Below, in pieces: positions 13,056 to 25,501 of a DNA stretch of 46,921 nt (within the stretch, counting starts at the first letter, position 1; every line of letters begins with the position of its first letter). Both the position numbers and the translations under genes were made by a program. The DNA lies in the NCBI GenBank assembly GCA_038496445.1, contig JALMLS010000603.1, positions 1 to 46,921 on the forward strand, read 5' to 3'. The stretch comes from Trichosphaerium sp. ATCC 40318 (Eukaryota; Protista; Tubulinea). Below the pieces are notes generated by a model. The model had not been told where the DNA came from. It ran no database searches and saw only the letters and a program-made list of their open reading frames with translations.

Positions 13056-13431
13056 ATAGCGAACAAAATTGTTTTCTAAACGGCATTGTTTGCGGCCTCA
13101 TATCAGGGATAAGTAGTACATTACTGTTTAAGCAGATCTGGCCCATTCATTTGACAGAAAAAGGTGTTGTTGCTCTTAAATAAGGCATTAAAAGTTCCTT
13201 TTTTGTGAAAAGAGCAAGGCACATATTTCCTATGATAATTGCATATAATGTACTTATTGTGCATCTCTGTTAAGATCTTCCCCTTGAAATACAAACCTTA
13301 ACCTATCGCATACGGCAGTTTCAGGTGAGTAGCTGACTGCTGTGTCACTGACACATTTTTTACTTTTTCTTCAACTGCTTAGAGAAAAATTCTCTAATAC
13401 ACAATACGTTACGTTGCGGTATGATATTGAG

Positions 13432-13692
13432 CGGACCCACGTTTTTTCCGAATTTTTCGAAAGAAAAAATTCGAAAAAATAGAATTCGATACAAAAACCG
13501 AATGCCTATACCCACCAATGGATCACTATATGTGAGCGAAGGTCGGGTTCTAGTTCCGAGCACAGCGAGGACCCGACCGTAAGTGAACCAGGCGCTTTCT
13601 AGTTTAGTGGACTGCCTAGCTATGCATCTTTCTACGAATTCTATTTTTTCGAATTTTTGTTTTCGGAAAATTCGGAAAAAACTATGGCCCCG
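13432..13692. mobile_element. MITE (261 bp) with ~55-60 bp imperfect TIRs and a target-site duplication
   Basis: TIRs CGGacccacGTTTTTTCCGAATTTTtCGAAAgAAAAAATTCGAAAAAATAGAATTCG and the reverse-complement counterpart at the right end. Direct repeat ATATTGAG at 13424-13431 and 13693-13700, extendable to 10 bp GATATTGAGC. Confidence 0.9.
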
Positions 13693-14059
13693 ATATTGAG
13701 CTATCTTCCAAAGTCATCCAATGCTGTCATAAGGGCATATGTACCAAATGAATCAGAACTTTTGCAACAACTTTTACGTAGGTTGTGTTGGTACAGCCTA
13801 CTCGTTTTAACAAACCAATGTAAAAGCAGACTCTAAATCTTAGTGACCGTCTCCAATGGTGATACAACGTAATCCAGCAGTAGCAAAAAGATAAGAATTG
13901 CAAATGTACTACTGAAATTAAGATTCCTTTCTTGAAACACTCGCTTCAGTCAATGGCTTTGGTCCGTACTCTGACAGTTAATACTTAATCAAGCTTGAAA
14001 GTATACCAGTTGTCACTGACCACCAGTGCTCAGTCATAACACTAATGGAACAGAAGGTA

Positions 14060-14265
14060 CTTTATCCAGAGCCCATGCTTAAGGATAGTACGTCTTGTGT
14101 TCATATGACGTTAATTTGAGCTCACATCTTATTTCAATGATATCCGTACTTGGAACTGATACAAATGGCTTCCGCTTTCTTTTTCAGGAACGACTGAGTC
14201 AGGTCTTTGTGCTTGTCGACACAACTTTAAGACCGAGTGACTAGAAATAAGTGATTGTTTTACTT
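14060..14265 (+). repeat. Diverged copy of the sequence at ~15-255 (decayed paralogous gene fragments or old repeat)
   Basis: Shared blocks gagctcacat, acttggaa.tgatac, caactttaagaccgag and actagaa.taagtgattgtttt occur in the same order at both loci. Confidence 0.65.
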
Positions 14266-15799
14266 TGCTATGTGGTACTTAATGTTGTTTTATTGCCAAC
14301 TAGAAAAGGTGTAGGGATAGCAAGGTAATGAAGGATGCATGTGAAACTGTGACATATGCAAGCTTAAGCTTGACAGAAAAACACATGTTTTTTTTACGTT
14401 ATTCTGTTTCTCATTTTCCCACAATAACTCTGCTTAATTGTCCTGCGTACAAGCGACTTACAATACAAAATTGTATTTCTCTTTAAGCCCTTTTTATTAT
14501 TTGATTGCATCATCTCTTCGGATTACCATCTAGCATCCTGACTAATTACAACATAGCAGAAAAAACAAAAAAAACTTAAATCAAACGGGATTGCAAGTCA
14601 CGTGCCAAGGTGTACGACTTTGTAAATGGTTTATTCTTTGTAAGTGGCTATTATGACTGGTAGAATAAATAATGCCGGCCAATTACGTCCAATTGAAAGT
14701 GTAGAAAGAGCAGAGTTGCCTTGAAGTATACAAAACTGGCACATGCGAGTTGCTTACTTATTGATAGGCACGTTCCTGTAAGCAAAATGTCCTTTGTCTA
14801 ACCCAGAAGAAGTATATCATGAAATGCTCTCCAAACAGAAGGTTATAGCACGTTCAGTATTTCGGAGCTACAACAGATGTCATTCACAATGACATGCCTC
14901 ACTTTTTCGTTTATATCAGCGTTTGAAAAAATTGTTGAAGCTTGCTTGATCAATAAATTAGCATTGTAAGAGCTACGTTCAAGCTAAGTTAATTTATTGC
15001 ACCAGAGAACTTGACTTTCCTATTACTAACTGGTTTCTTTGGGAAATGTCTATTACAACCATAAACCACGTGTTCCTGAACTCACAAAAAGGTGGTTTAC
15101 AACTCTTTTCTATTGCACAAATAGCTACCATTGTGGGAACGGTATGTAATCAAAGAAACTCTTTAATTATACGTATGGCTTGCTGGTACAGGTTAGGTAG
15201 CAAATTTCAGAGTCTGATATAGGGCAAGCTGGGATGATTTCTACGAAATTATCTTGTAATTGTGAATAAAATGACTACGGCACTCGCCTCTGTTCAAGAC
15301 AAGAACCCGACATTCCCTCACAAAATGTCATGCATTAGCTGCCACTGGTCATTTTAGGATGTTGCGTTAGTACATCTCATTATTGACAAACTTGTAATAC
15401 TTACAATATCATTGCAGGTTACTATGTGACTAGGGTCAAGGCCTTGGCTACACTGAAAAAAAGCTACCTTTGTATCCAGTATTCAATCGTAGCTGATCCT
15501 GAGTATTGTATGGATAGCAGTTCAGGGTATTTTGTATCGTTTTTGTTAACCCTGAAAACCTTTGTGTTCACAATTTGACGCAAAGAGATTTGAAAGGTGG
15601 TTTTTTAATTAGTGTTCTACAATCTATTGTAGGCGAAACCACCGCTTAGTTCTAACACTAAGACAACCTTGTTTGTATTATTTCTCTTCTCATAGTACCA
15701 GTTGTTGTAGAGTTAATGACTGTTGTGTTTGGTAATATCTCGATACAGCCTAAATCGTTTGATCATTCAAAGTTATAATCAACAAATGAAAGAAAGGCA

Positions 15800-16393
15800 C
15801 CTTCAACTAAAATTGAACCATTTTCTGTTATTGTAATTGTCCCTTGAATAACAAAATCGCCCGGAATCAGAATGTCACTGTTCACAATTGATGGTAGAGG
15901 AACATTTGTACGTGTCATTGGTAGTGTAGGAGGTTCTTTAGTCGGTATACCTATACAACCTTGAAGTGTACAGCTAAATTATATAAGGTAACTTCACATA
16001 CTAAAAACCTCATAAACTTGCCGTTGATCTTGACCACAAGCGCTATCTACTTCGATATGGGAGCATGTGTGGTTCTACGGACCCAAAGACACATATATCG
16101 TTAGTACAACCAATAGTATCACTACAGGACACAAATATAGGCTGAACACAAACACCTAAACGCTATAAACCAAAACTGTATAAACCCTCACCATTTCCCA
16201 TTGCATTAATATCTGTTGTGCATCCGTTTTTGTCATTACAACGCCATTCAACAGATAGATAAGGTCTAACATTTAGATTACTATGATCCTCACTATAAAA
16301 ACTAGAGGATCCTCCTTGTTGCACTATACTCCATCCAAAATCGTTCTGAGTAAAATTTGAATCTACCAAATCTTGTAGGTAGGCTAACAACAC
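15800..16393 (-). pseudogene. Fragment of an extracellular Cys-repeat/surface protein
   Basis: Exons read NDFGWSIVQQGGSSSFYSEDHSNLNVRPYLSVEW (resembles a DNRLRE-type C-terminus), CNDKNGCTTD and CDTIGCTNDIC (CxDxxxCTxDxC Dictyostelium-type repeats), then a P/T-rich linker and a beta-rich segment. No clear start or complete model. Confidence 0.45.
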
Positions 16394-16565
16394 GTGGGTG
16401 AAAAACTGCTGGTTGTAAATAAAACGTTGTCACGTGATAGCATTTAAGTTAGAATAAAGGCTGAATTTACTTCCAACTCAAAAGAAAGAATGTACATTCT
16501 GTTGATACTAATGTTATACAGCAGAGTATACTAAGTCTTACAACTAAGTTGTGTGCTACGTTATA

Positions 16566-17436
16566 CTAAGCATCTGTCACGTTATTTATCAACTGCCCGT
16601 TTCTTTGCCACCTCTTCCATACTTCCGTCTTGCTGTCAATTTTAGTGCAGTGTGCCCACAATTGACCATTGTCATACCACATCTTGTACTCTCCTATCTT
16701 GTGACCTTCTTTATAAAAGCTCTCCTTGAACATTTGACCATTTTCGTACCAATTATAACTCTTTCCTTCTTTACTATCATTTACGTAATAATAGCTTGCT
16801 TTTAATTGCCCATTTTGATGCCACTCCTTGTACTCACCTCCCAATTTACCATCAACATAATGACAATGCTTAAACACTTGACCATTATTGTACCAATGTG
16901 TACACTCACCATCTAGTTTCCCATTGATGTAACTAGCTTTACAACTCATCTGGCCATTCTCATGCCATATCTGACTATCTCCTACTACCTCATCATTAAC
17001 ATAGTTAGCCTTTTCCCACAGTTGTCCATTTTCATGATAGGCTTTGTACTCTCCTTCGAGTTTACCTTCAACATAAAAACATAGCTCTTCTATTTGGCCG
17101 TTAGAGTACCACAGCTTGTTCTCTCCATGAAGTGTTCCATGTTTAAAAGTTTGCTGCTCTACAAGGTACGGTGTAGAGCTATTTGGTAGTATCCCAACAC
17201 GCAGCCATTTTCTGTGTTTTCTCAACTCGCCATCGAACCTTGATGTCGTTGCAGTGTGTTTTGATAGCTCTGGCCAATTTTGGTATACTTCATTGTCTAA
17301 ATCTATTATATCTAGCTGTAGCTCTATGGGAAGGCGTAAAAGACCGTTTTGTGATGAAATTTCGACATGTAACTACTTTCTCGCATTAGACACTAACGTT
17401 TGTACTATTACTTGGTACGTTGCGCTGTAATGCCAT
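16566..17436 (-). CDS. F-box-like N-terminus + MORN-variant (YwqK-like) repeat protein
   Basis: Short exon 1 (ATG 17436, MALQRN), then LLRLPIELQLDIIDLD...WPELSK, followed by about 7-8 repeats of 24 aa with consensus GEYKxWxxNGQLxxxxxYxxGKxx (ORF 16566-17225). Confidence 0.85.
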
Positions 17437-20010
17437 CCAAACAAAATAAACGGAAGAGTGTTCGTTTGTAGATTAAAACGCTTAAAAAGAATCGCTTTTT
17501 ACAGCCGTAGTACACCTACCACTCTTGCTTGAGGTCCTAAATCACAACTGTTTTTTTTTTTGACCTCCTGAGAAAAACACGTGCCTGGTCTGTTTTTTAG
17601 ATGGCAATTGCAGAGGCAATTGTTCGGTACTTGTCAAAATCGTTAAGGATAGTCCAGTGCTTGAAACAACAATCCGCTGAATGTACCAAGGAGATGGCAA
17701 TGGAACAGCCATCAAAATCCTTCATACGGAGCTGCAGATGCTCCTCTATTACGTCAAGTTATGGTGCTAGCGGCAATATTTGTTATAGCACCGTCATACA
17801 AGGATGGGCTTTCTGCAATGATGTTGCTTGAAGAACGCATGGGACTTTTTCAATTCGTACTTCTTCACGAGCCCAAGCACACCTAGGCTTTATCAAGTTT
17901 TCACTACTCAACTCAGCGTAAGACTGAGTCATTAGCAGCACTATGGTTATTTGAATGAATGATTATTAGTTTATTAAGTCTATGGCTACATTTTAAGACC
18001 CACAATATTGGGTAACTGTTTTCGCTTTTACACTACTTTTGCAACGCATCCTATGGTTATTTGCATATTCCTTCATAAGTTCGTTACAATTGGTTAAGTG
18101 AACTTTAAACGGTAAGGCGAATACAAATGACATCTGATACCCCAGTGATATTAAGGTTGTGGCTTGTGGTGACCACGTAGGTAACACATAAATAAACACG
18201 AAAACTATGCTATTAACTAACAAACTTAAGGCAAAATGCATCTGATATGGGGTATTGATATGGTATTTAATTATGGACGGGTTATTGGAGATATTTTACC
18301 TTATTACGCCCACATGTTATGAACCAATTACGATTCGCAAAGACCCGTTTGCTTTAGGTACCTATGCGGAGTGTTAATTTTTAGATTTCTGGGTTTGTGT
18401 TTACACGTGGTCGTAACTGTGTTTTTTTTTTATCAATTAAAAATGATTATTGTATTGTAGAAATTGCGATACACGTGGTGACCCAGAGTTGGCTCAGTTT
18501 ATGACTCCTCTTATCTTAGCACGGTAATTTTCTTTTTGATAGTTGTACAAGCTTAAAACGCTCTGTTTGGATGACGGTTGTAAGCACAGGATGTTTTCTT
18601 AGTTTGCTTCTCCATTGATATCTATAAATCATATGAGAGTATTACATCTAGAGTGCGTACAATAACTCTCTATATATTGGATTCTTTTATTTATGTGCTT
18701 ATTTAATTGGGTAGTGGATACCAGAGTTATCCGATCACGGACAACTTTTTGTGCCACGTATTCTTGTTGGCTTAAATCAAGATACAAGAGTTAGAGCTAT
18801 TTTTGAGGTACATATTTAAATCACTTTGGTCCCCATGCAACTCGACAACCAAAACAATTTCGAAGAAGCTAAAACAATAATAAGGGTAAAACTCGTATAA
18901 GTTGGCCACAAGGTATTGATTTAGCAAAAAAAATTAAGGTACATTGATCAATAACATCAAATGTTAGCTTACATCTTTTTTTTTTTTGGGATAGGCTTTT
19001 AGGTATGTTGAAGTTGATCTGGTTCGTGGTTGTGGTGTAACAGAACGTATTAAACTTTATCTCAATTTTGCACCTTATTGACTTGGCTTTATAGATCTTG
19101 ATGAGGTTTGCGCTGTACATCGTTGTATTCACAAGCATGATCATAAGCGATGTACAATCAATAAAAAAGTGTTTTGTTTTCTCATAATTTTCTTACTTGA
19201 GGCATTTGTTCCCAAGTTGATGGTTCAGAGTTTAAAGTGACTATTTATTGTTGTAAGTAGATTATAGATTATAAGATCAAATAATTATGTTCACGAAAAG
19301 AAGATAACACAATAAAGAATAGAGCGAGAAGCTGTTTAGCAATCGAACAAGTTTTTGTTGATTTATTAGTTATTGTTATTATTTGACCCTTATTTACCTA
19401 CAATACAAGCTAGGCTTACTGTACAGTTTGTAACGCTCTGTACCTAGCATGGTACTTAATAAATAGTTGAGTTTCCACGTTTCCACATTTCCAACCTTTG
19501 GATTAAGATTGATATTATATTGATGTACTGTACATTTGATGGCTACCTTGTTTGTGTTTTAGAGTCAATAAATGAACTACTAACTATTACTACTATCAGT
19601 ACCACTGTTTTATCAAAATATTTGTTGGCTGTTTCATGGAATCAACCAGTTTTCTACAAACAGTCAACCTCGCAATACAAATTATGAATTTCTGTGATGT
19701 GCTATTAGAACAAGAACTCGAGTACCTTCCTTATACTCATTCAGACGCTATAAACAAGATTAAATTGAAGCATTAAACATTGTTTTAAATGTATCAAATA
19801 CGGCCCTTAAGCCTCGATATGACAGTACTTAAAGATACAACTACCACTGCATAAAACCACAATCAGACCACTGAATTATCTTCAAAAGATTATTTGCTGA
19901 ACATCAACCAATCAACAGAGTGGTAGTTTTGTTTTCAATTGGCAAGCTTTTTTCCCCGCTATTTGCGCAACTCATTTTTAAGTACGCACGTGACATACAA
20001 TGAACCTAAT

Positions 20011-20490
20011 ATGCACAACTTACCAACAGAAGTTATTTTGGATATTTTAAATTACACAAGAGGTAGAGATAGATTTTCTGACTGCCCAATCATGTCATTA
20101 TTGCGATATTATTCAAGTATTCAGAAACTGTTAATTTATAATATCAATATCACCATGATATTGTTGGCTATGAGCAAGTAAGTCTTTCAAATGTTCACGA
20201 TATTCTCAGGGCTAGAAATTACAAGGTGGCATGAAAATAGTACAATGATGAATTGTAGTGGGACAATATCAATGATAAGCAAGAAGGAGAATCTAAGGAG
20301 TGATTTGAAAATGGCCAAATAGAGATCCAGTGTCATTACATCAATGGTACACTAGACGGAGAATGTAAAAAGTGGTTTCATAATGGCCAATTAGAGTTCC
20401 AGTGTAACTACATCAATGGTGAGTTTGAAGGAGAAGATAAGAAGTATGAAAATGGCAAACTGCGGCACAAGTATAATTACATCAAATTGT
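20011..20490 (+). pseudogene. Decayed F-box/MORN-variant repeat gene
   Basis: MHNLPTEVILDIL at 20011. MORN repeats at 20225-20490 (KQEGESKE*FENGQIEIQCHYINGTLDGECKKWFHNGQLEFQCNYING) carry an in-frame TGA at a Trp position and frameshifts. Confidence 0.75.
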
Positions 20491-20846
20491 TAAAACGTCA
20501 ATAGCAGTAGAAGCCGTAGAAACACTTAAACCTGAACCGTTAGTGGCGATTCTTTATTCCCAGAAGCTGTAATAATATTGTGTGTAAATATATGTGTTGA
20601 GTATTAACACTCAATATAGGTCATGTGTTTGTACCTTCTGTTGCAAGTATTATTTGTATGTTTTGCTCTTTGTCCAGAATTTTTAATTGCCTTGTGTTTG
20701 GTACTTGCAGGTCCTCGATGTACTCGTACAACATTTTTCAACTCTGTTTCTTATTCCAAACCGCTGCCCAATATTAGAAATGGTTTTAAGACTGCCTTGG
20801 AACGTAAATTGTGCTGTATTGTCTCACAATAAAAGCTGTTAGATAT

Positions 20847-21749
20847 TGACACTTCTGACACATCTTGAAAATCTCACTTTTCGAATCCATTCAAACCACG
20901 TGATTTAACAACCCATATCAAAATTGGTTATTTATACCGTTGACACGGCGTTTACAAAGCCTGCAGTAACGCTGGCGATGTTTTGGGAGGTTTTAACGTT
21001 ACACCTGCCTTGGTGTTTGGATGTTGCTATAGCGAGTGCTTTTGTTAGCGTGGGGTAGGCGCTAGCGTAGCGCTAGTAAGGTATGCACGTTAGTTGATTT
21101 TTTGAAGCAAAACATACAGCAAACAGTGTTTGAGGCATTCATACCGCGTTTGCCGGTAAGTAAAATACTGTGGGCAATTGAAACCGACTTGACAATTTTT
21201 TTATCACTTGCGGTACGTAAGTCATACTATGAAGGACAACATTGTAACGCAAGTAGCTCACATTATGATAGATCTGCATCATTTGGCAGTGTTAATTCTT
21301 GATAGATCTGCTAAAAGTGCTAGAAACTCACTTTCTAGTGACAGACAATATAGGAAAGTTAGCGCTTGCAGTTTAGTTACAAGCAACTTCATTTCGTTCT
21401 TGTCCAGGGAGGAAACACATTCGCGGTAACAATCCTTCAATGTCTCTTTCACGTTTTTCGACACAAAAAAAATCCAGTTTCGGCCCGAACACGATCTGAC
21501 ACTTCTGACAGACCTTGCAAATCTCACACTTTAAATTTGATCTACCCGTGTACCTGTCTAGCGAATCCAACGTTTCAAACCACGTGATTTAACAACCCAT
21601 ATCAAAATTGGTTATTTATACCGTTGACACGGCGTTTACAAAGCCTACAGCGTTTTTTGGGGTTTTTAACGCTATCACACCCGCCCTTCTGTTAGGATGC
21701 TACCAGAGTGCTTTTATTAGCGTGGGTAGGCGCTAGCGTAGCGCTAGTA
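20847..21749 (+). repeat. Direct repeat pair (20847-21078 and 21497-21749) with a 73-bp identical core
   Basis: 20890-20962 is identical to 21574-21646. Both copies begin TGACACTTCTGACA and end GGTAGGCGCTAGCGTAGCGCTAGTA. Confidence 0.9.
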
Positions 21750-23919
21750 CGTTTTACACGTAATAGTAGTATACAAGTAGTTTTTTTGAAGAAAAACGAA
21801 CTGAGGCAACTTTTCTCGGGTATCTTCGAGTGCCGAGATACCTCGCGTTTATAGTCACGTGTGACACGTATCCTATGTATATAGGAACACAAATAGCTAG
21901 TACAGAATACTAGGAGAAACTGGCGTTTCACGGTATGATACTCGAGATTGGCAATTTTCGGCACTTTGTGGGAACAATTAGCCCATAAGTTCACAATAGT
22001 TTACATGAATCTGACAGTGAGATAGACGTATTTTTATATTAATTGATAATATTAATTGTCAAAGCCATGTGATCTCGAGATTTCTCGGGTTGAATCAAAA
22101 TAAGTAGTTTGGAAAAATATTTCATGCGTTTTTCACAAGGACTTTATTGGAAGTTCGTTGATACAACAGTCCCATTAACTGCAAAAAACCTAGTCGTTTC
22201 TAGGGCTCTAACTTGGCATTTTGGCTTCTTTGACAAAAAGCCCGTTAGATTTTCTGGCTTCGTAGGTATGTAGTCTAATCATCTATTGTGAGTGTATTAT
22301 ATAGCGGTATTTTTGGCGCTCGGGTATGTGTACTAAACACAGCACAGTTTAATAAAATATAAAAATAAAGCTGGCAACAAAACAACATGAGCACATACAC
22401 AAAGACTATGGCAAATGATAGACACCCTATCCACCGTAACGGTCTATCAATATCAGAATTGTTGGTAGAGCCATGTTTAAAACGAAGTCAGATAAAACGA
22501 AGGGGTTTTCCGAAAACATACCAGCAAGCATTGCTTACACATTGTACAAAATATATCGGTTTTTTGTTTTTTTATAAACAAAAGATTAAAACTAAAAGTT
22601 GCTTTTATTGTTAACTTCTTTTGGTAAGGTGGTAGATTCTATTTGCGACAACCTATAGAGGTAATCCAAAGGAAGAAAAAAGGTTGCAGTTGATTAAAAA
22701 AATGCAACAAAAAGGACCATTCCAGTGTAACAAAGGATTCATTGTGGTAAACGCATCAAAGATGTATCGGCAAAACTACACAGAAGATATCTCGCTTATT
22801 GTCTTTCCACCCAAACCTTTACAAGCGCTACAGATTACTCACGCCCAATCTAGTGACATTGAAAATAAAAAGAAACCTATGTAAAGCGAAACATGAAGAA
22901 GTGATAACTGTAGTCGTTTGAACATGTAGGATTCGAGACGAAGTGGTATAGGCAGGCGAAGGGTAATAGCGTTACTAATTCTACAGTTCTTGATACCAAA
23001 TAAACGATATGTAAAATAGATATGGTTATGTTGAATGTAGCATGCTTTTTCATGAAGTCTTGCGCTCCTACAGTACTTTGACGTTACATTTATACCAGCT
23101 CTTAACTTTTTTGTATTTTACACTCTCTATTCATTGCGAGAACGATAGGAAAAAAGGTACATAATGAGTAAGCAACTTGCAAAATTAACGCTTGTCCAGT
23201 TGACAATGAAAGTAGAAAAGAAATTCGGTATTGACTTCGCTGTTGTGTTCAATCTTGTTACCAAATAAAATATCGTCAACGGATCGTATTTATTGACAAC
23301 CTACGCGTTGCCACATGATATTATTAAGTCAAAACCATTTTACTGTCTGTGCTTCCATAGTTTGTATCAGCACGTGATGTAAATAATGGTACAACAATTT
23401 TGCAATGTCCGCCACAAGTTTCAGACCATTTATCTTCATCTGTTGCTTCGAGTCACTTCTCCCTTCACTACATGTTACTCCAAATGCTCCACCCTCTTTT
23501 TACTTGTCGTACTTATACGTTGTGTACGTTAAGGAGCTGAGAAATCATTACACCTGCTGGCACTACCATACATTGGTACTAAAGCAACCATAAACAATAC
23601 GTACCACGGTTTGAGATGATACTTGAGTGCTAGTACAACCTACCTGAGTACGATATGTATATAAACTGATATTCCTACGCGTCACGATGTACTATTGGAA
23701 GTAATAAAGCGGAACAATACATTCTTACAAAAAAGGTACGTAACAGACTAATACGTTGTAACCACAAATTTTATATCATTTTGGAATGGTTTGGTGACGT
23801 TTCACTTCTTTCAATGTAATCCTCGTTTGAACTTGGTTCGCTTCAAAATCAACGCCATACATGGCTTTGTAGCGCAGAAAAAGTTTTGTCTGTTTTTAAC
23901 CAAGTCGATGACGTTTCGT

Positions 23920-24870
23920 GTCAAAAAACGTGATAGCCATTTTTTTTCCGTATTGTCGCTCCTTTTGCGTTGAAATTATGTTTTTATCAAGTACGAACGC
24001 GTTAGTATAAGCCTCTAGCTCTAAAGCAAGTTTTCACGCACTTTAAAGCAAGTTCACCTTACCTCTTCACTTTCTTCCTTAAATCGCCTTTAATACATTA
24101 CTGTGAAGAGTTTAGTACTCTAATAAACAATTTACAGTCTTGTTGGACCGAGTTTAGCGTTTATCGTGAGGTTGAATCTTTTTCGTGGATATCCTTTGAG
24201 TAAACTAACGCCATACGCTTATAAATAACCGTATTAGCCTGTATACACAACAATACTCAGGTTCAAGAAATTTTTATTACAACGGTTGGTGAGAAATGGA
24301 ATTCGCCCTTGAAATGCTCCGAATGCCGCTGTATGTGTTTTAAAAGCTTATACATATGCGTGAACGTATTCACAGATGGTTTATAAGGGTTTTAGAGGTA
24401 TTTGGAGTGTTTTATAAATTACTCAGCACAAAGATCACCAATTTGAAAAACAGTTGCACGTCAGGTACTCCCGTCGGTAAGGCTATGCTGTGGTAGGTTT
24501 TAGTGTAAACTACATATTACTAAGCTCAACGCAAACCAATTTGAAACAAAATGAGTACCAATAGGATCACCAGAGACAGGGCTACAGGTGTGATTCAGGT
24601 CCCACAATTTTTTTTTGTTTTGGTTTTAGGTGTACAAAAGAAAATGGATTTATCGTGTTATCGTATTTGTAAAAAAGTACCATGAGCACTTATCATGTAA
24701 AAATTCTGAACTGATCTCAATACCCAAAATCTGTCTTGGATGCGCCAAAGCTATGTAATGTCCCTTGAAATAAATAACTGACTAAGACTGTAACCTGGTA
24801 GCCATATCTTTTGCGAAAATTCCTTTGGCGATGCTCCCATCTCAGTTCCGTGAAGGTGTTAGCCAGTGAT
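23920..24870 (+). repeat. Uninterrupted copy of a ~0.95 kb dispersed non-coding repeat, containing the empty piggyBac target site
   Basis: Colinear with the reverse complement of 39993-40255 joined to 34783-35480. The junction gtggATATcctttg has ATAT at 24189-24192. Confidence 0.9.
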
Positions 24871-25501
24871 TGAACCCAGTGTATTGCAAGCTATAGTGGT
24901 AATGCATAAAAACCATTTGTAGTAAAAATATTCTCATAATTTTCTTATTTTTGTGGAGATCATTTTGGTGCACCCAGTTGTCGAAAATAGTGCTAAATTA
25001 CTGACGTTCGTAAATTAAAGCCAAAAGTAAGTATATCCTCCTGAGGAACAGGAGCCGTAGTAGTCATCAAGTCGTTTACAAAAAAAAGTCAACATAAGTT
25101 GAATCAAGTTTTTCAAAATGTATTTGCTTTTTACAAGACTCTTCATAGCTCATGATATATTTACGAAGGATTTAACAACATGTTTATTAGCAGAAGTAAT
25201 TCACATACAATAACTGCATGCATACTTTTCTCCGAAGGAACTCCGATTTGATACTTTTTTTTTGGTTTACAATTTGTTCATCTTCCATTGCTCAACCAGC
25301 AAAGTTCTTATGATTAGAATGTAAGGTTATAATATTTATGTAGTTGTGTTGTGTTATACTTCATACAAGGGCACCATAGAGCGTAGGGCCGTCTTTAGTT
25401 GCTTAAACAATTAACCAAATGATTCATTTGCACGCAAAACAAACTTAAGCGTTTTTTCAATAGTCGTTTATTACTACACATACTTCGGCACATTACACGC
25501 A

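Noticed and set aside
12860-13146. Opposing ORFs sharing the peptide YATSQTAKND
   Set aside because: Artefact of the 33-bp inverted repeat.
17600-18600. Coding-like fragments on the plus strand
   Set aside because: Could not build a consistent spliced model or recognise a family; possibly a decayed gene.
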